Positions 1 to 8,288 of a stretch of DNA of 64,000 nucleotides are shown piece by piece. The translations under genes and the position numbers were made by a program. The notes beneath the pieces are model-generated. The model ran no database searches. It was given only the letters and a program-made list of their open reading frames with translations, and had not been told where the DNA came from. The stretch is from Schmidtea polychroa (taxonomy: Eukaryota): NCBI GenBank assembly GCA_044892525.1, contig CM097886.1, positions 162,428,312-162,492,311 of the forward strand, read 5' to 3'. The number at the start of each line of letters is the position of its first letter. The first letter of the stretch is position 1.

Positions 1-3000
1 TCAGGAAAGAGGTCCACCAAATTAAACTTACTCCCCAACAGAAAGATCCCAAAACATCGGGGGGTGGCCTTCCAAAATTCATGGAGACAATCAAACGGAA
101 TGGAGTTAAGAAAGTGAGTAATGGTAACCTGATATATCTCCAGAAACAAAACTCATGTGTCACATTCCTGATTAGTGAATGGTATAAAAATAAGAGCAAC
201 ATTACTGTTCTTTCCCCTGAACTGACATCGAATGTTATTGCACAAAACGATACATTCATTAGAGAAAATGTCACGTTTAAACAATTTGCTGGAATAGAAC
301 ATGTCATCAGTGTCATTCCAGACGACAAGAGTTGGAGTCTTTATCTTTTCTCTTTTGCTTTAGGAATCAGTTACATTTTCAACTTTAACAACCGAATTCT
401 AACTGAGAGACTAATCGTTATAGGAGAAAACATGACAGACTATATGAATAGATTTTTCCTTTCTCAAACGAAAATTAACTTCAATAGTCACCACAACATC
501 GATCATGGTTCCATAACATCTGGCGACCCACAGATATTTGCTTCTGTTTTCATTGAATTAGTCGAAAAACTACTTTTTGACAATCAGGTTTCTCGCACAA
601 GTATCAGTGAGTCCCTAAATTCTTTTAAACTTCACCAAGCAAATGAGATCTGCCAGAATTTAAATATGATTAATTTTAAAATTAGCGAAGAAATTATTTC
701 AACTTATTTCAGTAATTTAAAATTAGATGTAAAATTTATATTGCTGAATCCGACGATTTGTTCTGCAATCATTGATGATTGCACCGAACACATTAATGGG
801 TTTTTAAATTATGAATGTCTCATTCAAGCACAGGTAATTTTTGCCATCATTGCACCCCCAAAACATCGGGAAATTCTTTTAATTCTCGATTATAACACTG
901 ATGAGTTTTATATTCTTAATCCTATTACGCTGACTGGAAGTGAAAACTGTCTATCTATTTGCAAGAGTCTTAGAAATAAAATTAATGAAATTAAAGAAAC
1001 ACCTGGCCTTGTATTGAATTTTGGTGAATGTCCGCATGACACCCGCGGATCTGGCCTTGTAAGTAAAATTCTTATTTGCGCTTTCATTAAAAACTATGCG
1101 AACGACTTGCCCCTTGTAAATTTAAACCTGCGTGAGATAGGTAACATCATCAGTTCGCTACTTCCGATTATCAAAGAGTCAAAAAGATGTAAAAATTCAA
1201 TCCCTACTAAAATCAATAAAATCAAAGAAAGTAACTTAAACTTGAAACAGCGCAAAATCAAGATTGAGTTACTTCTCAGAAAAGTAATGTTTCTTAATGT
1301 AAATCAAATCATTGATGTTATCAATGAAGAGTTCCCAAATCGTTCAAAAACTACACTGAAACCGTATTTGGGTAATAAGAAAAAAACTCATAAAATCACT
1401 AAAAGCAAATTAATTACAAAATTCATGACTAACATGAAATCAACAGTTAACAAAATATTCAATGACATAGATGTCAGTGAACGACCAACTTTTCAGAATA
1501 TTGTTTTAAATTTCCTTATAAAATCTCCTTTTCAAGGAAATTGGAAAAACATTTTCAACTTCTGCAAACGTTCAGAGAAAGCACTAAATCTGGAACTCTT
1601 CACAAATGTTGAAGTATTTGATGAACTGAAGAAAGCTGACAACACAAGTCCTGGTATGGATGGAATACAATATCGTGACTTATTGCTTCTTGATCCTGAG
1701 GGTAAACTGCTAACGTTTTTATATAATAAAATTATTTCCGACAAAATCTTACCAGACAGTTGGAAGACTTTTAAAACCCTTCTTACTCCTAAGCCTGGCA
1801 AAGAAGGCAAATATGACGACGTCTCATCTTGGCGCCCAATTGCTCTACTGTCTGTCATTTATAAGGTTTTTGCTTCTTGTCTAGCAAGTCGTCTGACGAG
1901 TTGGATAAACTCGAATGAACTGTTACACATTGGTCAGAAAGGTGGCTCAAAACATGATGGATGTGTTGAGCACAACTCGATTCTTTCTGCTGCATTAGAA
2001 CATTCTAAGTATAGCGTAAACAAACCTCTTGCAATTGCCTGGCTCGACATAAAAGATGCTTTCGGCAGTGTTCCACATGATTATATGTGGTCCTTACTAC
2101 GATTCATTGGAGTAAGTGAAGAATTTGCATCCATCATCCAGATGCTATATTCCAACACAAGCACTTTCTATAGTTGTGGTCACATTCTAACTCCAAATAT
2201 TTCGATAAAGCAAGGTGTCAAGCAAGGATGCCCTATTTCCATGATTTTGTTTGCTTTGGCCATCAACCCAGTACTTGAAGCGGTATCTCAATCTGATTCG
2301 AGACCCTTCAGGATAGGAAAATCTCCTGTTAAGATACTTGCTTATGCAGATGACATTGCTCTTGTTGCAAAATCTGTTGAAGAACTACAAAAAATAACCG
2401 ATATCGCTGTTGCAACTGCAGCTGAAATTGGTTTCGAATACCGACCTGAAAAATGTGGATACCTTCAACTGCCAAATATTGACATAGAAAGTGAAATTTC
2501 AATAAATGGCATCAAAATTAGAAAGTTGCAATCTGAAGATTTCTATCAATATCTTGGAGTACCTGTAGGTGAAGAGACTGACCAAAATCCATATGACATC
2601 CTTGAAAAAGTGGTCTCTGACACGAGAAAGCTTGCTGATTCTGACTTACTTGGCTGGCAAAAACTAAAAGCCTATAAGATTTTTGTTCATTCACGATTGA
2701 TCTTTCCCTTTAGAACTAGAGAGATTAAGACTAGTACTCTTTCGAAACCTAATAGCAACAAGAAACTTTCTGATAACATAACCAGTCAACTGAGAAGTTG
2801 CTTTAGAAAAATGCTGATTTTGCCAAAAAACTCCGAAGTAAGCTATTTCTATAACTCCACTGAAAATGGAGGGGCAAACTGTGTGGATCTTCTTGACGAA
2901 TATCACACTCAGACAATAACACACATTTTCCGATTGCTAACATCAAAGTGTGACTTTGCTAAAAAGATCAACACTGATTCATTGAAATTTGTCACTGGTC

Positions 3001-4555
3001 CTCGTCTTGGTATAAAAGAACCCACTCTTCAAGAAAGTCTTGACTGGCTCAATGGTAAAGACATCAAATCACAGCACTCTGGTAAGAAAACGCGATTCCA
3101 GAGAGCCAGAAGTGCAGTTGCATTTTTCGAAAAAACCCATAACATCAACATATCATTCATTGTCACAAACCATGAGACATCGCTCTATATAACAACCGCA
3201 ACGCGTGGCACATGCATCTTGACTTCTGATCTTCGTCAAACAACTTCTAAGGTCTTGCACATGGCACTTTGTGACTCTTACCTTAGAAAATGGGAGAACG
3301 GTTGCACTTCCAACATCATTGCTTCAGCAATCAAACTTTCACCTCTAATAAATAAAGCAATTTTTCACGGTGATCTGTCTGAATTTGCTTGGAACTTCAT
3401 TCATCGTGCTCGCACAAACACTCTTTCAATCAATGCGAAGCCTTACAATAAAGGTGAAGAAAGACTTTGTCGTCGATGTCACATTGAAGATGAGACAATG
3501 TCACACATCCTTCAGAATTGTAAGGTCCATCTAACTCTTAGTTCTGAGAGGCATGACAATTGTCTTAAACTAATTGCAAATCGTCTGAAAATCAAAGCTC
3601 ATCTTATTGTCGTAGTAGATAACATGTGTTCACTTGTTCCAAACTCGAGGGAACGAGTGGACTTAATGATCACTAACTTGTCCAAAAAAACAATCTTTTT
3701 AGTTGATTTGAAATGTCCGAGCGACTCTGTCACTAACTTTGAACAAGTTGACAAACGTAATTTGAGGAAATATGATTCTTTAAAGAATGCAATACAGGCT
3801 GTCAAACCTGACTTTAAAGTCGAACTTGACACTTGCATTATTGGAGCTTTAGGATCTTTTCCTTTGAAAACTTCTGAAATACTCTCTAAAGTAGGTATTA
3901 AGGATAAAGAGCTAAAATGTCTATTAAAGGAATGTGCGATAAGTAATATCACACATTCTGCCAGGCGGTGGTATTACCACAAGAACGGCACTTTAAAAGA
4001 CATTGAAAAAGATCAGCTCTCAGATTTTGTAAATAATTCACTAAAGCCTGCAAGCAATAGCATCGTCAACTATTGATGTATATATGTATTTTTTGTTATA
4101 TATATATTTAGTATTTTAGATGTTCCTCGCCCTTAAGCGGACTTTAAAATATAATTATTTGTATAAATGTATTTGTTAGATAGCTAACAGGCTTTTGTAC
4201 TTTGCAAAAGTTTATTTTAGATGCTGCAGATTGGATATTAGGTTTCTGATGATTGTCGTTAATATCGTTAGTCTAATCTCAAAAGAAAACTGATGATGAT
4301 ATGATCATAAATCAATAATCAAAATGCAATGCCAGAAATCAAGTCTGATGACAACAAAAAATCAGAGCCAAGGACGATTCGGTGAATTTACAATAACAAT
4401 TGAGTCGAAATGATTCCAAAAACAAAACATATCTGTGAAACATCCTCTTTCTGACTCTTATGTTGTTGTATCTCTTCCGAATGGCATGTTCCATGTAGAA
4501 CATTGTCCAAATGTATATGAAAGTCAAATTTATTATAATTAATAAACGTTATTAA
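1..4555 (+). mobile_element. tRNA-Leu-inserted RLE-type (R2/NeSL-like) non-LTR retrotransposon, copy 1 (5' part outside window)
   Basis: Near-identical to 8869-13423. Carries intact RT-CCHC-RLE coding sequence and a ~480-nt 3' UTR that ends ...AATAAACGTTATTAA and joins tRNA-Leu nt 6. Confidence 0.95.
3..4076 (+). CDS. ORF2 polyprotein, copy 1 (5'-partial): pseudo-protease repeats, reverse transcriptase, CCHC knuckle, restriction-like endonuclease
   Basis: Frame is open from base 3. RT motifs PGMDGI, WRPIALL, LDIKDAFGSVPH, GVKQGCPIS, YADD, YLGV; CRRC-x8-H-x4-C knuckle; RVDL...VDLKCP...RKY nuclease motif. Confidence 0.95.
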   Translation, partial: RKEVHQIKLTPQQKDPKTSGGGLPKFMETIKRNGVKKVSNGNLIYLQKQNSCVTFLISEWYKNKSNITVLSPELTSNVIAQNDTFIRENVTFKQFAGIEHVISVIPDDKSWSLYLFSFALGISYIFNFNNRILTERLIVIGENMTDYMNRFFLSQTKINFNSHHNIDHGSITSGDPQIFASVFIELVEKLLFDNQVSRTSISESLNSFKLHQANEICQNLNMINFKISEEIISTYFSNLKLDVKFILLNPTICSAIIDDCTEHINGFLNYECLIQAQVIFAIIAPPKHREILLILDYNTDEFYILNPITLTGSENCLSICKSLRNKINEIKETPGLVLNFGECPHDTRGSGLVSKILICAFIKNYANDLPLVNLNLREIGNIISSLLPIIKESKRCKNSIPTKINKIKESNLNLKQRKIKIELLLRKVMFLNVNQIIDVINEEFPNRSKTTLKPYLGNKKKTHKITKSKLITKFMTNMKSTVNKIFNDIDVSERPTFQNIVLNFLIKSPFQGNWKNIFNFCKRSEKALNLELFTNVEVFDELKKADNTSPGMDGIQYRDLLLLDPEGKLLTFLYNKIISDKILPDSWKTFKTLLTPKPGKEGKYDDVSSWRPIALLSVIYKVFASCLASRLTSWINSNELLHIGQKGGSKHDGCVEHNSILSAALEHSKYSVNKPLAIAWLDIKDAFGSVPHDYMWSLLRFIGVSEEFASIIQMLYSNTSTFYSCGHILTPNISIKQGVKQGCPISMILFALAINPVLEAVSQSDSRPFRIGKSPVKILAYADDIALVAKSVEELQKITDIAVATAAEIGFEYRPEKCGYLQLPNIDIESEISINGIKIRKLQSEDFYQYLGVPVGEETDQNPYDILEKVVSDTRKLADSDLLGWQKLKAYKIFVHSRLIFPFRTREIKTSTLSKPNSNKKLSDNITSQLRSCFRKMLILPKNSEVSYFYNSTENGGANCVDLLDEYHTQTITHIFRLLTSKCDFAKKINTDSLKFVTGPRLGIKEPTLQESLDWLNGKDIKSQHSGKKTRFQRARSAVAFFEKTHNINISFIVTNHETSLYITTATRGTCILTSDLRQTTSKVLHMALCDSYLRKWENGCTSNIIASAIKLSPLINKAIFHGDLSEFAWNFIHRARTNTLSINAKPYNKGEERLCRRCHIEDETMSHILQNCKVHLTLSSERHDNCLKLIANRLKIKAHLIVVVDNMCSLVPNSRERVDLMITNLSKKTIFLVDLKCPSDSVTNFEQVDKRNLRKYDSLKNAIQAVKPDFKVELDTCIIGALGSFPLKTSEILSKVGIKDKELKCLLKECAISNITHSARRWYYHKNGTLKDIEKDQLSDFVNNSLKPASNSIVNY

Positions 4556-4632
4556 GATGGCCGAGTGGTTAAGGCGGTGGACTTAAGATCCACTGGACAA
4601 TGTCCGCGTGGGTTCGAACCCCACTTCTAGCA
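4556..4632 (+). pseudogene. 5'-truncated tRNA-Leu(UAA), nt 6-82, fused to the retroelement 3' end
   Basis: GCTAG is replaced by element-derived ATTAA, which breaks the acceptor stem. A and B boxes are intact. Confidence 0.9.
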
Positions 4633-4770
4633 ATATTTTTACTTTTCACTTTCGACAACAAATAATGTTGCTCTTAAAAATTATTGAAAGTTAAATATCG
4701 TTTCTCCTCATTAATAAAGTGAAGAAGCTTGATTTTGGTTTATTAATTTTTTGAAAGTAAATTTTTCAGA

Positions 4771-4852
4771 GCTAGGATGGCCGAGTGGTTAAGGCGGTGG
4801 ACTTAAGATCCACTGGACAATGTCCGCGTGGGTTCGAACCCCACTTCTAGCA
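4771..4852 (+). tRNA. tRNA-Leu(UAA)
   Basis: 82-nt cloverleaf: acceptor GCTAGGA/TTCTAGC, anticodon stem GTGGA/TCCAC with loop CT-TAA-GA, variable arm GGAC-AAT-GTCC, T arm GTGGG-TTCGAAC-CCCAC, followed by a T5 tract. Confidence 0.97.
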
Positions 4853-4990
4853 ATATTTTTACTTTTCACTTTCGACAACAAATAATGTTGCTCTTAAAAA
4901 TTATTGAAAGTTAAATATCGTTTCTCCTCATTAATAAAGTGAAGAAGCTTGATTTTGGTTTATTAATTTTTTGAAAGTAAATTTTTCAGA

Positions 4991-5072
4991 GCTAGGATGG
5001 CCGAGTGGTTAAGGCGGTGGACTTAAGATCCACTGGACAATGTCCGCGTGGGTTCGAACCCCACTTCTAGCA
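4991..5072 (+). tRNA. tRNA-Leu(UAA)
   Basis: Identical to 4771-4852. Confidence 0.97.
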
Positions 5073-5210
5073 ATATTTTTACTTTTCACTTTCGACAACA
5101 AATAATGTTGCTCTTAAAAATTATTGAAAGTTAAATATCGTTTCTCCTCATTAATAAAGTGAAGAAGCTTGATTTTGGTTTATTAATTTTTTGAAAGTAA
5201 ATTTTTCAGA

Positions 5211-5292
5211 GCTAGGATGGCCGAGTGGTTAAGGCGGTGGACTTAAGATCCACTGGACAATGTCCGCGTGGGTTCGAACCCCACTTCTAGCA
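5211..5292 (+). tRNA. tRNA-Leu(UAA)
   Basis: Identical to 4771-4852. Confidence 0.97.
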
Positions 5293-5430
5293 ATATTTTT
5301 ACTTTTCACTTTCGACAACAAATAATGTTGCTCTTAAAAATTATTGAAAGTTAAATATCGTTTCTCCTCATTAATAAAGTGAAGAAGCTTGATTTTGGTT
5401 TATTAATTTTTTGAAAGTAAATTTTTCAGA

Positions 5431-5512
5431 GCTAGGATGGCCGAGTGGTTAAGGCGGTGGACTTAAGATCCACTGGACAATGTCCGCGTGGGTTCGAACC
5501 CCACTTCTAGCA
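5431..5512 (+). tRNA. tRNA-Leu(UAA); intact gene flanking the 5' end of copy 2
   Basis: Identical to 4771-4852. The element starts 34 bp after its 3' end. Confidence 0.97.
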
Positions 5513-5515
5513 ATA

Positions 5516-5520
5516 TTTTT
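5516..5520 (+). terminator. Pol III T5 terminator (example; present in every array unit)
   Basis: TTTTT begins 4 nt after the discriminator base and is followed by further T4 tracts. Confidence 0.75.
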
Positions 5521-5607
5521 ACTTTTCACTTTCGACAACAAATAATATTTGATTTTCTGCTACTCTTAAATAATAAGTAGCCTGTTTATTTGTATCTGTA
5601 TTTTGCA

Positions 5608-5856
5608 ATGGATTGTAATAATTTGAAAATCAATTCTTTTTATTCTAAAAAAACTGGATTTATTTCTCGTTCTGACTTAGTGATGGAAGGATTCAATAAA
5701 CTCAACGGTAAGGATATCAATGAAACTGGATTTGGTTCCTGCTCTCACTCAATGGAGGATGATTTCAATAAACTAAACCGTAAGGTTAATTTATCTATTA
5801 AATATATAAATAATTGTTTTATGGAACAAGTTGACGGTGCAATTGCTTGCACATAA
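5608..5856 (+). CDS. ORF0a, 82-aa leader ORF starting at the element's first AUG
   Basis: ATG...TAA is conserved in copies 2-4 and contains an internal ~24-aa repeat (TGF..ME.FNKLN.K.N). Function unknown. Confidence 0.45.
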   Translation: MDCNNLKINSFYSKKTGFISRSDLVMEGFNKLNGKDINETGFGSCSHSMEDDFNKLNRKVNLSIKYINNCFMEQVDGAIACT

Positions 5857-6434
5857 CTTTTTAATAATTATATAAATAATGTTTATGATAATGTTTTTGA
5901 AGTCGAGGTCTCCAGAAAGTATGTTGACCGAAACTCTTCACCTTCTTATTCTTCAAGCATTAGAAAGGATTTTATAAATAGAAGCAATAGTTTTTGCGAA
6001 ACTGATAAGAAAGTTGCTTCTGTGGAGTTTTCAACTAACAAAATTGACTTTTCTAGAGTCGTTACAATCGACAACAAATGAATATTAAATAAAAATCTTT
6101 TAATAAATAAAAATGAAAATTTCGATAAAAATAATGTATTTATAAAAAATACATCTTTAAAAAATGATTCCTTCCCCAGTGCATTGTCTTCCGAGCTTGA
6201 AAGTCCTAATTTAAAAATTACAATTAAAAATAATTTAATTAAAAAATTTAATTTACCTAGTTTTGAAAATGATAATTTACAGACCCATAAATTAGCTAAC
6301 TTAAACAAAGGTAATTTTGATAATTATAATTTTAAAAATCAGAATTATAAAATTTCATCAAAAGATATTTCAAAAGAAAATATTAAAAATAAAAAATTCC
6401 AAACTTCCCAGAAAACCAGTAAAGCTGTTAATAA

Positions 6435-8288
6435 TTTAAATTTTGTGAAAAAAATCAGAAAACAAAATTAACTTTTAAAGCGGATAATATAAAGTTTGAC
6501 AAGTCAACCCGAACATTGAATTCAAAAGAAAAACAAGAATTCTTTAGATGTTTCCCTCAATTTATAAAATTAATAAAATCAAAAGAAACTATTAATAAGC
6601 ATCATAACATTAATAGTGAACTCTTGAAAATTACCCAGGCTGCAAACCCTCTAAAAATAATTGGATTTTCAAAATTCTTTTATAGGAATCACAACATCTG
6701 TATTTCTTTGAATTCTTTGAAAAATAACACTGTCCATAAAGTAAATCGTTTACTGAATGGACACACTAAAACACTCCTAATTGAATCCAAGGTTGTAAAA
6801 TTTTACAACACAAAGAATAAGTTTGTTTCCGCATCCCCAACCATCAGATGGTTCTTATATGCTCTTTCTCAGAAATTAGCAGGGACCGCGTCCATTTCAA
6901 ATACTAAGTACAGGGGCGTACAAATAAATAACATATTAAATGAAATCAAGCAACGAGGTGAACTTTCTGATTATCTAATAAAATCAAAAATAAAATTTTC
7001 TAATGGGGACTTTGTTTTGCTCGATATACTAAATAACTGTGAAGCTGATGATACCGATATTACCTTAAAATCCTCAGCTCTTTCAAGATCAGAATTAAAA
7101 GATCTTTACCAGAAATTCCCCGACATTCAGGAGCTTTGTTTTACAGAAAACATAGAGAAAAATCCTGAATTACTAAATAATTTAATTCATGACCTAAAAT
7201 CAAATGAAAACTTTCCCAAAGAGATCTCATTTGTGGGGGGTAAACTAATCAAAACGTGTAAAATACCAATTTCTGATGTCTCAAATGCTGAGAGTGAATC
7301 GGATATTATGTTCAATCTTGGCTTATTGAACCTCTACAACACAGCTGAGAGTGACAAAACATTAAGGTCTCTTTTCTGTCAGCCAAAATCGTCTGAAAAA
7401 TTGGTTGACATTATATTTTACCTAAACTATTTACAGTTAAAAGGTGACTTAAAATACATAACAAATGGAACATATGGCGACTATGTCCACAACTACGTTC
7501 GTAATTCCTTGTTGATGTGCTCTGTTATTAACATAGATGATTATGAAACTCTCTTACGGGAAAATATTGAAAGTTGGGCGCCCAACATGGTTGATATGAT
7601 ACCATCATCATCATACTATAGCTCTAGCTGCCTTGAAAGACTTTTAAAACTTCGACAGTGGAAACTGTCAGGAGAGATTGATAGAATTCACAACATAATC
7701 TCTCCTGAAACCATCAATAAAGTCAATTCATTTCTTGACAAAATCGACGAACTCTGTCCACAAAAGGCTATCCAATTAAAGGCTCTTGAGAAATTAAGCA
7801 GTGGAATTAATAAAATGGAATGGGACACAAAGGAAGAAGAGATGATTAAGGCTAGAAGATTTCTCTTCTTCATCCTTAGAGACAAAAAGAAATTTTTATT
7901 TACCAGTAAATCTTCCTACCGTATACCTCAGCACTGTAGGAAGATATGCACAGCCAATATGACTTGCATTATCACAGGTATGCTTGATGTTCTGCTGACA
8001 TGGTTGATTGAAAATAACGATGAACAGAAGACGGACACATCTGAAACAAACATCTCGGAAACTGTCAATGACTCCGCAGAAGCAGATGCGAAGGAGACAT
8101 CTCGGTCCATAGAGATATACGACACTTTGGAGTCTAAACTAAAGGAACATACAACTCTGAAACGACAGCTGCCGGTTGATTTGGATATAATTCCATCTAC
8201 ACCCACAATTTCCAGTTGTGATCAACAGGAGGACCTACTAACAAAATCAAGTAGGAAAACGAGGAAAGTAGTCTCCAAAATAAAATGA
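6435..8288 (+). CDS. ORF1, orphan protein (617 open codons; first Met only at 7308)
   Basis: Long open frame in AT-rich DNA, also intact in copy 3. No domain recognised and the start is uncertain. Confidence 0.8.
   Translation, partial: FKFCEKNQKTKLTFKADNIKFDKSTRTLNSKEKQEFFRCFPQFIKLIKSKETINKHHNINSELLKITQAANPLKIIGFSKFFYRNHNICISLNSLKNNTVHKVNRLLNGHTKTLLIESKVVKFYNTKNKFVSASPTIRWFLYALSQKLAGTASISNTKYRGVQINNILNEIKQRGELSDYLIKSKIKFSNGDFVLLDILNNCEADDTDITLKSSALSRSELKDLYQKFPDIQELCFTENIEKNPELLNNLIHDLKSNENFPKEISFVGGKLIKTCKIPISDVSNAESESDIMFNLGLLNLYNTAESDKTLRSLFCQPKSSEKLVDIIFYLNYLQLKGDLKYITNGTYGDYVHNYVRNSLLMCSVINIDDYETLLRENIESWAPNMVDMIPSSSYYSSSCLERLLKLRQWKLSGEIDRIHNIISPETINKVNSFLDKIDELCPQKAIQLKALEKLSSGINKMEWDTKEEEMIKARRFLFFILRDKKKFLFTSKSSYRIPQHCRKICTANMTCIITGMLDVLLTWLIENNDEQKTDTSETNISETVNDSAEADAKETSRSIEIYDTLESKLKEHTTLKRQLPVDLDIIPSTPTISSCDQQEDLLTKSSRKTRKVVSKIK

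Larger units (their letters stand above)
4556..5546 (+). repeat. tRNA-Leu tandem array 1: four 220-bp units plus 111 bp
   Basis: Exact 220-bp period (tRNA starts at 4771, 4991, 5211, 5431); 991 = 4x220 + 111. Confidence 0.97.

Noticed and set aside
81-4076. M-E-T-I-K-R as the true ORF2 start
   Set aside because: The frame is open upstream; in the full copies this Met is residue 219, after the complete protease domain.
4556-5546. Regular repeats resembling a CRISPR array
   Set aside because: The spacers are identical, each unit folds as a eukaryotic tRNA with Pol III boxes, there are no cas genes, and the context is eukaryotic.
5513-5620. Upstream tRNA acting as the element's promoter, or an HDV-like 5' ribozyme as in R2
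   Set aside because: T5 and T4 terminators lie between the tRNA and the element, and I could not build an HDV fold in this AT-rich 5' end. A covariance-model search would be needed.
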